Assembly (NCBI GenBank): GCA_937931775.1
Contig: CALHAQ010000010.1
Span: 1 to 39,075 of the forward strand
Length of the DNA: 39,075 nucleotides
Direction of reading: 5' to 3'
From: an uncultured Candidatus Altimarinota bacterium
GTDB taxonomy: Bacteria; Patescibacteriota; Gracilibacteria; BD1-5; UBA6164
Position numbers and translations under genes: made by a program. Within the stretch, counting starts at the first letter, position 1. Every line of letters begins with the position of its first letter. The notes below the pieces were generated by a model. That model worked only from the letters and a program-made list of their open reading frames with translations. It searched no databases and had not been told where the DNA came from. Shown piece after piece: positions 11,294 through 22,771 of the stretch.

Positions 11294-11323
11294 TTATAAC
11301 TTTTATTTTATAGAAATCGTCTT

Positions 11324-11590
11324 ATGACAAGAAGTTTAAAAAAATGACCATACGTTTACGACAGACTCGTAAAAAAAGTTGAAAAACTTAACGAGACAGG
11401 GAAAAAAACTGTAATAAAGACTTGGTCCCGAACATGTACAGTGATTCCAGAATTTGTAGGACATACATTTGGAGTACATAATGGAAAAACACATACACCA
11501 GTTTTCGTTACTGAAGATATGGTTGGTCATAAATTAGGAGAATTCTCAATGACTCGAACATTTAGAGGACACGGAGGAACAAGAAAATAA
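11324..11590 (+). CDS. rpsS: 30S ribosomal protein S19
   Basis: MTRSLKKGPYV (Gly is TGA) ...[24 protein letters not shown]. Confidence 0.93.
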
Positions 11591-11621
11591 TATTATTACT
11601 TACAATTTATAAACGATTGTC

Positions 11622-11948
11622 ATGAAAGCAAACGCAAAAAATATTCGAATCTCACCAAAGAAACTGAGAGTAATCGCAGAAGTAGTGAGAGGAATGAAGG
11701 CTAATGAAGCTCTTAAATTCCTAAAATTTGCTCCAAAAAAGGGAGCTGATCTTATGTATAAGATTGTTCACAGTGCTGTAAGTAATGCAGTTCATAATGA
11801 CTCTCAAAATGCAGCTGATTTATGTATTGATTCTCTTATTGTTACAAAAGGTATTGTGTATAAGAGAGGAAGGCCAGTATCAAGAGGGAGAATGCATCCG
11901 ATTCTAAAAAGAACTTCGAATGTAAAACTAGAACTCCAAGTCAAGTAA
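11622..11948 (+). CDS. rplV: 50S ribosomal protein L22
   Basis: Intact ORF. NIRISPKKLRVIAEVVRG is typical of L22. Confidence 0.93.
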   Translation: MKANAKNIRISPKKLRVIAEVVRGMKANEALKFLKFAPKKGADLMYKIVHSAVSNAVHNDSQNAADLCIDSLIVTKGIVYKRGRPVSRGRMHPILKRTSNVKLELQVK

Positions 11949-12097
11949 TGACGCAAAGCAAAGCTTTGTTGACATTAGTTATGTAGAGCTTGCTCTGCGA
12001 AGTAATAAAAACAAAAATTAAACTTATAGCAGAGAGTTACCCGGGAAAAAATCCTAGACCTCTATAAAGAATTTTAAACTATAATTATATTTCTCCT

Positions 12098-12748
12098 ATG
12101 TGACATAAAGTTAGTCCAATAGCATTTAGACTCCCATATATCGTAAACTGGAAATCATCTTGGTATGGTGACAGAAAAGCGTATAAAGCTTCTCTTGCTC
12201 ATGATATCAAAGCAAGAGAGATTCTTGATAACCTTCTTACAGGTATTCCAGTAGGTGATATTCTGATTTCAAAAAATGACGAAAGCGTTGTTGTGGATAT
12301 ATTTACTTCAAAAGCCTCTCTTATACTTGGAAAAACAGGTGAACAGGTAGAAGTGATGAAAACGAAACTTCAAAACAAACTTGGAGGAAAATTCATTATA
12401 AATGTTAAAGAAATTAAACAACCTGATACAAATGCTAAAATAGTAGCATTCTCTATCGCAAACCAAATAGAAAAAAGAATGCCATATAAAAGAGCTATTA
12501 AACAAGCACTTCAAAAAGCAATGGAAAAAGGAGCTCTTGGTATCAAGGTAAAAGTTGGTGGAAGACTCAATGGTGCAGAAATAGCAAGAAAAGAAACGTT
12601 TAAAGAAGGAAATATCCCAACACAAACTATTAGATCTAATATTGATTATACAACTATCAGAGCTGAGACAGTGTACGGTACAATAGGACTAAAAGTATGG
12701 ATCTATAAAGGAGATATATACAAAAAGAATAAAAAACTTGACTCTTAA
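12098..12748 (+). CDS. rpsC: 30S ribosomal protein S3
   Basis: Starts ATG TGA CAT AAA GTT = MGHKV (universal MGQK start, with Gly as TGA). In frame with track ORF 12293..12748. Confidence 0.93.
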
Positions 12749-12777
12749 AGAATATTTATATACTAACTTGGCTTACA

Positions 12778-13182
12778 ATGTTACAACCAAAGAAAACCAA
12801 ATATAGAAAGACCATGCGAGGTCGTCTCAAAGGTAGTGCTACCAGAGGGGCAGAGCTTGCGTTTGGTGACTATGCTCTCAAAGCTACGACAAGAGGTTAT
12901 ATAACTTCTCGTCAAATAGAATCAGCGAGAAGAGCTATGGTACGTTACGTGAATAGAGGTGGAAAAATTTGGATAAGAATTTTTCCAGACAAAGCTTTCA
13001 CAGCTAAACCTCTTGAAGTACCGATGGGTTGAGGTAAATGATCTGTGGAAATGTATAGGGCTCCTGTAAAACCTGGTAGAATACTCTTCGAAATGACGTG
13101 AGTAAAACCAGAAGTTGCAAGGGAAGCTTTCACGCTGGCTGCTTATAAGCTCCCAGTAAAGACAAAAATAATAGTTGATTAA
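12778..13182 (+). CDS. rplP: 50S ribosomal protein L16
   Basis: Conserved PMGGGKGS, with TGA at 13030..13032 and 13039..13041. TAA at 13180. Confidence 0.95.
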
Positions 13183-13194
13183 TTTTACAAGCAT

Positions 13195-13407
13195 ATGAAA
13201 GAAATAAAAGACCTAAAGATGAAATCTTCTGATGCTCTAAAAAAATTATCGGCTGATAAGGTAACAGAAGAAATTAAAGGAGCTGAAAAAATGCTCTACA
13301 CACTTAAGATGAAACTCAGTGTGGGTGAAGTAAAACAGACTCACTTAGTAAAAGCCTTGAGGAGATATATAGCATCACTCAAAACACTTGCAAACATTGC
13401 TAAATAA
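13195..13407 (+). CDS. rpmC: 50S ribosomal protein L29
   Basis: Intact 70-aa ORF in the conserved position, helical and Lys-rich. Confidence 0.88.
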   Translation: MKEIKDLKMKSSDALKKLSADKVTEEIKGAEKMLYTLKMKLSVGEVKQTHLVKALRRYIASLKTLANIAK

Positions 13408-13430
13408 TTTACCAGAAAATATCATACAAA

Positions 13431-13655
13431 ATGAGAACTATAACAGGAACAGTCGTAAGTAATAAAATGGATAAAACTATTGTAGTATCTGTAGATACAT
13501 ACAAAAGTCACGAAAAATACCATAAAAAGTTTAAGGTAACAAAAAAGTTTTATGCTCACGACGAAGGGAATACATGTAACATCGGAGATGTAGTTACAAT
13601 AAGTGAATCGAGACCTCTTTCAAAGAGTAAGAGATGGACTCTCCAAACAGCATAA
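13431..13655 (+). CDS. rpsQ: 30S ribosomal protein S17
   Basis: [16 protein letters not shown]...KYHKKFKV...YAHDE is typical of S17. Confidence 0.92.
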   Translation: MRTITGTVVSNKMDKTIVVSVDTYKSHEKYHKKFKVTKKFYAHDEGNTCNIGDVVTISESRPLSKSKRWTLQTA

Positions 13656-13693
13656 ATATAAATATTTTTAAAGACTAAAGTTATAATTTTATT

Positions 13694-14062
13694 ATGATAC
13701 AAACGGAAACAAGACTCGCAGTAACAGATAACTCTGGAGCAAAAGAAGTTCTTTGTATTAAGGTACTTGGAGGTTCACACCGAAGATATGCATCTATTGG
13801 AGATGTTATCGTATGTAGTGTTAAAAAAGCTTCACCAGACGGTGCTATTAAAAAGAAAAAGGTAGTAAAAGCTGTAGTAGTAAGAACAGCAAAAGAAGTA
13901 AGAAGAGAAGATGGGAGTTATGTACGATTTGATGATAACGCGTGTGTTATTATTGATGATGGAGGACAACCAAGAGGGACTCGTATATTCGGTCCAGTAG
14001 CAAGAGAGCTCAAGGCAAGAGGGCATAATAAAATTGTATCACTTGCTCCAGAAGTTCTATAA
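13694..14062 (+). CDS. rplN: 50S ribosomal protein L14
   Basis: [17 protein letters not shown]... is a canonical L14 start. Confidence 0.95.
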   Translation: MIQTETRLAVTDNSGAKEVLCIKVLGGSHRRYASIGDVIVCSVKKASPDGAIKKKKVVKAVVVRTAKEVRREDGSYVRFDDNACVIIDDGGQPRGTRIFGPVARELKARGHNKIVSLAPEVL

Positions 14063-14088
14063 ATTATTTACACACTTAGATATAGATT

Positions 14089-14433
14089 ATGAAATTAAGA
14101 TCAGGAGACAGCGTTGTTGTAATAGCTGGTAAAGATAAAGGAAAAAATGGGAAAATTCTCAAAGTATTCCCAATTACTGGAAAAATCCTTATAGAAGGTG
14201 TAAATATTGTTACAAAACATATTAAAAAACAAGGAACAACACCAGGACAAATTATAAAGATGGAGAAAGCAATCGATGCTTCTAACGCTATGCTTGTTTG
14301 TCCGATAACAGAGAAACCAACAAGAATAGGTTATGTGATGGTAGAAGAAAAAGGAATATCTAAAAAGTTTAGATTTTCTAAAAAAGCAGTAAAAGAAAAT
14401 AAAAAAGCAGCTAAAGATTGTATTATTAAATAA
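14089..14433 (+). CDS. rplX: 50S ribosomal protein L24
   Basis: GDSVVVIAGKDKGKNGKILKV is a KOW motif. Confidence 0.92.
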   Translation: MKLRSGDSVVVIAGKDKGKNGKILKVFPITGKILIEGVNIVTKHIKKQGTTPGQIIKMEKAIDASNAMLVCPITEKPTRIGYVMVEEKGISKKFRFSKKAVKENKKAAKDCIIK

Positions 14434-14447
14434 TTATTTCATTTCAA

Positions 14448-14987
14448 ATGACATTAAAAGATACATATAAGAAAGAGATTGCTGGAAAACTCCAGAAAGA
14501 TCTCGGACTCAAAAATACTATGGAAGTTCCAAAACTTGAAAAAGTGGTACTCAATATGGGGATAGGAACATACATACGTAATGGGAACAAGGATTATAGT
14601 GTTCTTCAAGAACATATGGCTCTGATTTCAGGGCAAGCTCCAATAGTGAAGAATGCTAAGAAAGCAATTTCTAACTTCAAACTGAGAGCTGGTATGCCAG
14701 TTGGGCTTACTGTTACTCTTAGGGGTGATAATATGTACAATTTTCTTGAGAAACTCGTAAACATTGTTCTTCCTAGAGTACGTGACTTCCGAGGAATAAG
14801 TGCAAAATCATTTGATAGTGAAGGAAACTATAATTTTGGAATTAAAGAACATACTATCTTTCCAGAAGTTCCTCAAGATGATGTAGTGAAAAACCATGGT
14901 TTACAAATAACAGTAAAAACAACAGCAAAAACTCCAGAGGCTGGAAAAGCGCTTCTTACAGAAATGGGTTTCCCATTTGCAAAGTAA
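14448..14987 (+). CDS. rplE: 50S ribosomal protein L5
   Basis: Intact ORF. ...NFGIKEHTIFPE... is typical of L5. Confidence 0.94.
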   Translation: MTLKDTYKKEIAGKLQKDLGLKNTMEVPKLEKVVLNMGIGTYIRNGNKDYSVLQEHMALISGQAPIVKNAKKAISNFKLRAGMPVGLTVTLRGDNMYNFLEKLVNIVLPRVRDFRGISAKSFDSEGNYNFGIKEHTIFPEVPQDDVVKNHGLQITVKTTAKTPEAGKALLTEMGFPFAK

Positions 14988-15011
14988 TAATACTTCTTTA
15001 ATTAATTACAG

Positions 15012-15236
15012 GTGGCTAGAAAATCAAAGATTGCAAAATCTCAAAAACTGAAAAAGAAATTTCTTCAAGCATTAGCTGATGGAAGAAAACCTCATGAAGC
15101 AACAAAAGTTTTTAACTGTTGTGGTACATGTGGAAGAACCAGAGGATATCTTGGAAAATATGGAATTTGCAGAATCTGTTTCAGAGAAAAAGCAAATGCA
15201 GGTGAACTTCCAGGAGTAAGAAAATCAAGTTGGTAG
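15012..15236 (+). CDS. rpsN: 30S ribosomal protein S14 (zinc-ribbon type)
   Basis: GTG start. [24 protein letters not shown] gives a CxxC...CxxC pattern. Confidence 0.88.
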   Translation: MARKSKIAKSQKLKKKFLQALADGRKPHEATKVFNCCGTCGRTRGYLGKYGICRICFREKANAGELPGVRKSSW

Positions 15237-15302
15237 AATACTCTGACGTCAGGTCAGATACAAAAAATATATTAAAACATTTAGTTTCATAAATATCGTC
15301 AT

Positions 15303-15698
15303 ATGATAATGGATCCGATAGGAGATTTACTCACAAGAATACGAAATGCATACCTTGCTCGAAAGGAAGATATGAGCGTTCCTTATTCTAGAATAAAATC
15401 TGACATACTCAAAATACTCAAAAAAAATAAGTATATTTCTGATTATGAAGAAGTTGACTTAGGTGGAGGTAAAAAAGATCTAAGAGTTGTCCTTAACAAC
15501 GTTCGAAAGACTCTCAGTGTCCCAACATTTAAAAGAATTTCTCGTCCAGGACAAAGAATTTATCTTGGATCAAATGATATAAGAAAATCTAGAAACGGAC
15601 ACGGTATCTTTATAGTATCTACACCAAAGGGAGTAATTACTTGATATGAAGCTCGAAGTCTGAAAGTAGGTGGAGAACTTCTCTGTGAGGTATATTAA
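15303..15698 (+). CDS. rpsH: 30S ribosomal protein S8
   Basis: DPIGDLLTRIRNA. Continues past the TGA at 15642 to TAA at 15696. The start could instead be Met 15309. Confidence 0.92.
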
Positions 15699-15758
15699 TA
15701 TAAAGAATAATGCAGACGCAAAATTTGCGATCGTAATTTAATTAAAAAATTTTAAAAA

Positions 15759-16298
15759 ATGTCTAGAATAGGAAAACTCCCAGTAGCTGTACCTGAGAAG
15801 GTAGAAGTAAAAATTACTGGAAATACTGTAGATGTAAAAGGTGAAAAAGGAGCTCTTAGTTTTACTTTTGCCGATTGTGTTGCTGTAAAAATGGAAGAAA
15901 ATAACGTCATAGTATCTAAACTAGATGATTCTGGAAAAGCACTATGGGGAACTACAAGAGCTGTTATAGCAAATATGATAGAAGGTGTTAGTGCTGGATA
16001 TACTAAGTCTCTTGAAATTAACGGTGTTGGGTATAAGTTTGAAGTTCAAGGACAAAAACTTATTCTTTCAATTGGTTTTTCTCACAAAGTAGAAATGCTG
16101 GTTCCTACTGAACTAAAAGTTACTCAAGATGAAAAACTTAAAAATGTAATACATGTTTCTGGTATAGATAAACAGATGGTTGGTCAATTTGCATCAAAGG
16201 TGAAGGCAAAGAAAAAACCAGAACCATATAAAGGAAAAGGTATTAAATACGTATGAGAATATGTAAGAAGAAAAGCAGGTAAAACAGGTGCAAAATAA
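15759..16298 (+). CDS. rplF: 50S ribosomal protein L6
   Basis: MSRIGKLPV... Continues through the TGA at 16254 to TAA at 16296. Confidence 0.93.
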
Positions 16299-16327
16299 TC
16301 TACAATTTAAAATATAAGCATTAGGCT

Positions 16328-16669
16328 ATGTTACAAAAACAACTAAACAGACTCCGAAGAAAAGCAAGAGTGAGATCTCAAATCTCAGGAACTGCTGCAA
16401 GACCAAGACTGAGTATTTTTAGGAGTACTACTCATATTTCTGCTCAACTTATAGATGATCAGGCCGGAAAAACTCTTGGAGCTGTATCAGATTTAAAAAT
16501 GAAAAAATCATCGAAAACTGATCTTGCATCGCAAGTAGGAACTGAAATAGCAAAAATTGCAAAAACACTAAAAATAGAAGAAATTGTCTTTGATAGAGGA
16601 GGGTTCTCATATCATGGAAGAGTAAAAGCACTTGCAGATGCTGCAAGAGAGGGAGGTCTAAAATTTTAA
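16328..16669 (+). CDS. rplR: 50S ribosomal protein L18
   Basis: ...[27 protein letters not shown] is a canonical L18 C-terminus. Confidence 0.94.
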   Translation: MLQKQLNRLRRKARVRSQISGTAARPRLSIFRSTTHISAQLIDDQAGKTLGAVSDLKMKKSSKTDLASQVGTEIAKIAKTLKIEEIVFDRGGFSYHGRVKALADAAREGGLKF

Positions 16670-16690
16670 TTATTTTTTATAATAATACAT

Positions 16691-17173
16691 ATGGCATTCG
16701 AAGGAAAAAGAAATAATAGAAAAGGAGGGAGAGATAACTTTAAACCAAAAAAAGAGTTTAAAGAAGAACTTCTAGCTATTGATAGAGTAACCCGCGTAAC
16801 TGCTGGTGGTCGTCAGCTCAGATTTAGAGCTGTTATGGTTATCGGTGACGGGAAAGGAAGAGTAGGACTTGGAACTTGAAAGAGTTGGGAAGTTGTTGAT
16901 GCTATCGCAAAAGCTATTGCTGATGCTAAAAAGAATATGATTACTGTAAAAATGGAGGAAGGAACAGTTCCATATAATCTTACTGCAAAATATAAAGCAG
17001 CTACAGTTATGGTTCATCCTGCTTCAAAAGGTACTGGTATTATTGCTGGTGGTAGTGCGAGAAAGGTTCTTGCAGTTGCTGGTTATAAGGATATTCTTGC
17101 TAAAAGATATGGTAGTTCAAACCTCCTTAATAACGCGAAAGCTACCATGAAAGCTCTGACTTCATTTAAATAG
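16691..17173 (+). CDS. rpsE: 30S ribosomal protein S5
   Basis: Track fragments 16691..16879 and 16937..17173 share one frame and are joined by a TGA (GLGTGKS). Confidence 0.93.
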
Positions 17174-17202
17174 ACAAATTCTAAAACACTAAACTAGGTA
17201 TT

Positions 17203-17679
17203 ATGCTTACAACACAAACAATTACATCACCAGCTGTTACTCGTAAAAAGGGTAAAAGAGTAGGAAGAGGAAATGGTTCTGGAAAAGGAACTTTCTGTAC
17301 TCGTGGAATGAATGGTCAAAACTGTAGATCAGGAGGATGAGTTCCAGATTGGTTTGAAGGTGGTCAAACTCCACTCTTTAGAAGAATGCCAAAACTTAAA
17401 GGGTTTTCAAATGCAAAATTCAAAAAACATTACAATATTATAAATCTTTCTGATATTGATGTTGCTGCCTGAAAAGGAGCAAAAGAAATCACAAAACAAA
17501 CTCTTCTTGATGCTGGAGTGATTACAAGAAAATCTCTTGGAGTAAAGCTTCTTGGAAATGGTGAAACAAAGTCTAAACTAAAGGTTTCAGTTGATGTTGC
17601 ATCTAAATCTGCAATTGCTGCAGTTGAAAAAGCTGGTGGGACAATCAATATTCTTTCAAATACTAGTGAAGAAAAATAG
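17203..17679 (+). CDS. rplO: 50S ribosomal protein L15
   Basis: ...[47 protein letters not shown]. Two TGA=Gly. It directly follows rpsE, with no L30 gene between them. Confidence 0.9.
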
Positions 17680-17702
17680 TCCAAGCATAGCTTGGATTTT
17701 TT
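17680..17702 (+). terminator. intrinsic terminator-like hairpin between rplO and secY
   Basis: TCCAAGC-ata-GCTTGGA followed by TTTTTT. Confidence 0.55.
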
Positions 17703-17755
17703 CCTCTTTAGGCTATAATTAGGAAATCTCAAGAACTTATTTTTTATATAAAATT

Positions 17756-19024
17756 ATGATACTCGATACGCTTAAATCTATTGTTTCTATTAAGGATCTT
17801 AGAAGAAAAATTATTGCTACACTTCTTCTTGTTCTTGTATACAAATTCCTTTCAGTAATACCGATTCCAGGAGTAGATACAACAGGTCTTTCAGATATTA
17901 TTGCTGGTCAAAAAGGACTTTCTTTCTTTTCTGCTCTTATGGGTGGAGGACTTTCAAACTTCTCTATTATTCTTATGGGGCTTTCTCCATATATTAATGC
18001 AGTTATCATCATTCAACTTCTTGGTGTTATTGTTCCAAGAATTGGTGATATGCAAAAAGAGGGAGAACAAGGACAAAGAAAAATTACAAAATATACACGT
18101 TGGCTTACCCTCCCAATAGCCTTCTTACAAAGTTACGGTATGATTGTATTACTTAATTCGCTTGCAGGAGGAACTATAATTGATGTATCAAATATATCTA
18201 CAGTTCTTACAGCGATGACTATAGCTACAGCCGGTACTATATTCCTTATGTGGCTTGGTGAAGTAATGACAGAATATGGTATTTCTAATGGTATCTCTAT
18301 TATTATTATGGCTGGTGTTCTCTCTACGACTCCAGGAGTTATTATGGGATACATAGGAACAAAAGAGTTTGCTCTCTTTTCTGGTCTTATGCTTGCGACA
18401 CTCATTATCATATATATTATTATTAAATTCACAGAAGGACATAGAAGAATACCTATTATATACGCAAAGTCTGGTGGTGAAGAAAAAACATATTTTCCAA
18501 TCAAAGTGAACCAAGCAGGGATGATACCTATTATCTTCTCGATATCTATTATTACCTTTCCAGCGATTCTTGGACAAATCCTTTCAAATACAAGTGGAGG
18601 AAATGCTTCTGAAGTAGGAAGAATTTTAGTACAATACTTTAGTCTTGATAATCCATCATGGGTATTCATTGCTATCTATTTTGCGCTCGTACTCGCGTTT
18701 TCATTTTTCTATGTATCTATTACTTTTAATACTGATCAAGTAGCAGAAAATATACAGAAAAGATGAGGATATATCCCAGGGATACGTCCAGGAGAAGATA
18801 CAGCAAACTACTTACAAAAGGTTTCAAATCACCTCAACCTATTTGGTGGATGATTCCTAGCCCTCATTGCAGTACTTCCATATATACTTGGTAAATTCCT
18901 TGGTCAATCAGTAGACCTTATTGTTTCAGCAGCCTGACTGATCATTATCGTATCAGTTATACTTGATATTATCCGTAGAGTTGACGGAGAAATGAAAATG
19001 TTTGATTACTCTAAATATAAGTAA
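17756..19024 (+). CDS. secY: protein translocase subunit SecY
   Basis: 422 aa. Track ORF 17756..18766 continues through TGA (KRGGYIPGIRPG, TGA at 18764..18766) and two more TGAs to TAA at 19022. Confidence 0.95.
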
Positions 19025-19050
19025 TCTCAGAGACATAGTAATCATTTCTA

Positions 19051-19086
19051 AAAAGTCTTCTCTACATCATAGAGAGGACTTTTTTA
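19051..19086 (+). terminator. intrinsic terminator after secY
   Basis: AGTCTTCTCTA-catca-TAGAGAGGACT (one G-U pair) followed by TTTTT. Confidence 0.65.
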
Positions 19087-19108
19087 TAAATTATTTAATC
19101 AAATTATT

Positions 19109-20854
19109 ATGTTCAAAATTATCATAAGAGTACTAAAACTCTTACATGACAGAAAAAAAACAGTTTTTTCTCTCATACTTGCAAATTTTGTATTTGCGAT
19201 ACTTATACTTGTAGAACCTATTTTTTTTAAACAGGTTATTGATATACTTGTTGCTTTTGATGAAACAAAAGGAAGTAATATATCTACTCTATCTTCAACT
19301 CTTATATTCTGGCTTTGTATTGGACTTATTACTATTTTCTTGAAAGTATTTATTACAATTCTAACAGATCGATTTGCACATCATGAATTTAGGAGAAATG
19401 CCTTTTCATTTTATATGCAGATTCAAGCACTTGGTATGAGATTTCATATGGACTCAAGCTCATGACAACTCGTAAAAAAAATTACGAGATGAGTAGATGG
19501 TATGTTTAGACTTCACTTAGATGTGTTTCGGAGAATAATTACGAGTATATTTACTATTATTATATTAGTTCCTGTTGTTTTATATTTTAATATGAAACTA
19601 TGACTTTTCGTAATCATTGTATGATGTATATCTTCTGTTATTACGTTTTTTATAGCTTCAAAGACATTTAAAAAACAGTCAGCGATTGAGGATATATACT
19701 CTAATATGTCTTCACTTTATGGTGATACTTTTTCAAATATGTCCATTGTAAAGAGCTTCTCTCTTAATAGATTAAAAAATAAACAACTCACAGATATGAT
19801 GGATACTAGAACGGAAAAACAGTATCCAATACTAAACTGGTGGGGGGCAATAATTAGTTTTTCACAGATACTAAAAATCATAGTAACTATAGGAGTTATT
19901 TATTTTGGAAGTTATTTATATTTTCAGTGAGAAATTTCGATTTGAGAAATAGTAATGTTTCTGAGTTTTTCTGTAATATTCCTTTCTGCAATAGAAGATC
20001 TTACATGGACCTTTGAATCTATTTTTTGGAATGTGGCCCCTATTCAGCAATACTTTGAAATTCTCGATACGCATCTCGAAGTACAGGATAAGAAGTGAGT
20101 TAAAAAATTATCTGGAGTGAAAGGAAATATAGTATTTAAAAATCTTACTTTTTCTTATGACGGGAACAGAAAAGTGCTGAAAAATATTAATTTAGACATA
20201 AAAGCAGGTGAAAAGATAGCATTTGTCGGCCATACAGGCTCTGGAAAGACAACGATGACAAATATGATCCTGAGGTTCTTTGAACCTCAATCTGGGGATA
20301 TAAAGATAGATGGAACATCAATTTATGATGTTACTCAAGATTCTCTCAGGAAGAATATTGGGATCGTATTCCAGGATAACTCTCTTTTTAATACTACTAT
20401 TCTAGAAAACATTCGTCTCGACACGAAAGCTACGAGAAAAGATATAGAAAAAGTAGCAAAGAAATCTCATAGTGATGATTTTATTCAAAATTTAAGTGAT
20501 GGACTTGATACGATAGTATGAGAAAGATGAGTAAAACTCTCTGGGTGAGAAAAGCAGCGACTTGCAATAGCGAGAGCATTCCTCAAAGATGCCCCAATAC
20601 TTATTCTCGATGAAGCAACATCAGCGCTTGATGCGCAAACTGAGAAATATCTCCAAAAATCATTTGATGATCTCATGAAGGGACGAACAACTTTCATCAT
20701 AGCCCACAGACTCTCTACTATCATGAAGGCAGACAGAATATTCGTATTTGACGCTTGAAAAATCGTCGAACAAGGAAGCTATAAGCAGCTCATGAAACTC
20801 CAATGAAAATTCACAAGACTTGTAGAAGCACAGACGAAAGGGTTTATAGAATAG
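19109..20854 (+). CDS. ABC transporter, fused permease/ATPase (MsbA/MdlB-type exporter)
   Basis: 581 aa. N-terminal TM domain, Walker [10 protein letters not shown], signature LSGGEKQR (TGA at 20546..20548), Walker [13 protein letters not shown] and H-loop IAHRLST. Track fragments 19109, 19706 and 20117 are all in one frame. Confidence 0.88.
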
Positions 20855-20975
20855 ATTAATAATACATTCAAATATTAAATCTTTGTTAAATTTATCTCCT
20901 AAAAAATAAAAATCTCTTGATGTGTATATAAAGTATATATAATGTGTATACTTTAGCTTCGTAACATATTATGAG

Positions 20976-22511
20976 ATGATATCTTTAACACGCGCAATAA
21001 CAGTCAATGGACTTGATACAACAGTGGTTGATATAGAAGTAGATATTAACCAAGGCCTTCCAGCTTTTACAATAGTAGGGCTCCCAGACCAATGAGTACA
21101 AGAGAGTAAAGAGCGACTTCGCAGCGCTCTCAAATCAAGTGGAGCAAAAATACCCCCCAGTAGAATTACCGTAAACCTTGCTCCTGCAAATATTAAGAAA
21201 ACATGACCAAGTTTTGATCTGGGTATTGCGATAGGAATACTGCTCGATCAATGATATATAAAAAACGACACACTCATAAAAGACTCTGTATTCCTGTGAG
21301 AACTCTCTCTTGATGGATCCCTTCGTCATATACCTTCTGTACTTCCAGCGACTATCTGAGCCCGAGAAAAAGGCTTTAAGCGACTCTTTATTCCGAGTGC
21401 TAATACTAAAGAAGCTTCGGTGATACCAGATATAGAAGTTATAAAAATAGATAATCTCACGCAACTCATCGATATTCTCAATGCGGATGAGCTATACACT
21501 CCAGAACCTATACTCGATATATCATCTCTCAGGGAAGAGAAAATAGAATGATGATATGATTTTGCGCATGTAATAGGACAAGCTCATGCAAAACGAGCTC
21601 TTGAGATAGCAGCTGCTGGATGACACAATATCCTCATGGAAGGACCTCCTGGTTCTGGAAAGACGCTTCTTGCAAAGTCTTTTGCTACAATACTTCCTGA
21701 TCTCACGCTCGATGAGGCTGTAGAAATATCAAAAATATATTCTATATCTGGATTATTATCCAACGAAAGACCACTCATAGTAGAAAGACCATTTAGAGCT
21801 ATTCACCATACCGCAAGTAGCGCAAGTATAATAGGTTGAGGAACGCAAGCAAAGCCTGGAGAGATATCTCTTGCTCACAAAGGAGTACTCTTTCTTGATG
21901 AAATACTCGAATTTCAAAAAACTGTTCTTGAGGTACTCCGACAACCCCTCGAGGATGGGGAGATAACAGTGACCAGGGTAAACGCAAGTTATAACTACCC
22001 AGCCAAGTTTTCACTCGTAGGAGCGATGAATCCGTGTCCTTGTGGATATCTGACTGATCCGGATAGGCAATGTATTTGTAGTGTAAATCAGATTGCTAAC
22101 TATAGAGGAAGACTCTCAGGACCACTCATGGATCGAGTAGATATGTTTATAGAAGTACCAAAAGTAGCTACAGAGGAATTTCAAAAAGCAAAGTGAGTAT
22201 TAGCTGAGAATTCTCATGAAGTACAGCTTCGAGTACAAAAAGCAAGAGATATACAGCTCGAGAGATTTACTGACAGTACACTTTCGGCAAACTCTGAAAT
22301 GTCTTCGAAACAAGTGAAAGAGATATGTGTTCTCGATAGTGAGGGAGAATGAATCCTTTCCTCAGCTGTAAAATCTATGGACCTCTCAGCCCGTAGTTAT
22401 TATCGTATACTTAAATTATCCAGAACTATAGCGGATCTTCACGGAGACAAAGATATTCTCACTGAACATATACTTGAAGCTCTCAGTTTTAGAAAGAAGG
22501 ATGAGAATTAG
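20976..22511 (+). CDS. comM: YifB/ComM family Mg-chelatase-like AAA+ ATPase
   Basis: 511 aa. N-terminal Lon-protease-like region, Walker A GPPGSGKT, GVLFLDE, and CPCGY...C.C. TAG at 22509. Confidence 0.88.
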
Positions 22512-22551
22512 AAAAATATTGACTTTTTCTAAAAATATATATCATACAGTT

Positions 22552-22632
22552 ATGAATACACAAATATTTACATCTACGCATCATACGACGCAAGAATCGA
22601 AAACGATTTTTACGTGTATTTTTGGTATGTAA
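22552..22632 (+). CDS. leader mini-ORF 1a, MNTQIFTSTHHTTQESKTIFTCIFGM
   Basis: 26 codons. CAT CAT at 22579..22584 and seven Thr codons. It shares the first 13 nt (ATGAATACACAAA) with the lysA leader mini-ORF. Confidence 0.35.
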   Translation: MNTQIFTSTHHTTQESKTIFTCIFGM

Positions 22633-22650
22633 GTATTTCAATAATATATA

Positions 22651-22686
22651 AAAAAGCTGTTTTCGAAAAGAAAGCAGCTTTTTTAT
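22651..22686 (+). terminator. intrinsic terminator after mini-ORF 1a
   Basis: AAAGCTGTTTTC-gaaaa-GAAAGCAGCTTT (one G-U pair) followed by TTTT. Confidence 0.6.
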
Positions 22687-22703
22687 TTTCTCACTTTCAA
22701 GCT

Positions 22704-22751
22704 ATGAAAGCAATTTACGCAAGACATCACGAAGCCCATTGAATCTTTTAG
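22704..22751 (+). CDS. leader mini-ORF 1b, MKAIYARHHEAHGIF
   Basis: 15 codons, three of them His (CAT CAC at 22725..22730, CAT at 22737..22739). Read with TGA=Gly. Confidence 0.3.
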
Positions 22752-22771
22752 GAACAACAAGATTATTTTTA

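Noticed and set aside
11949-11987. 12-codon ORF (MTQSKALLTLVM) overlapping the rplV stop, as a real small gene.
   Set aside because: It is too short and has no supporting features. It is mentioned only as content of the unusual spacer.
18133-18669. 178-aa and 129-aa minus-strand ORFs.
   Set aside because: Both lie entirely antisense within secY, whose identity is unambiguous.
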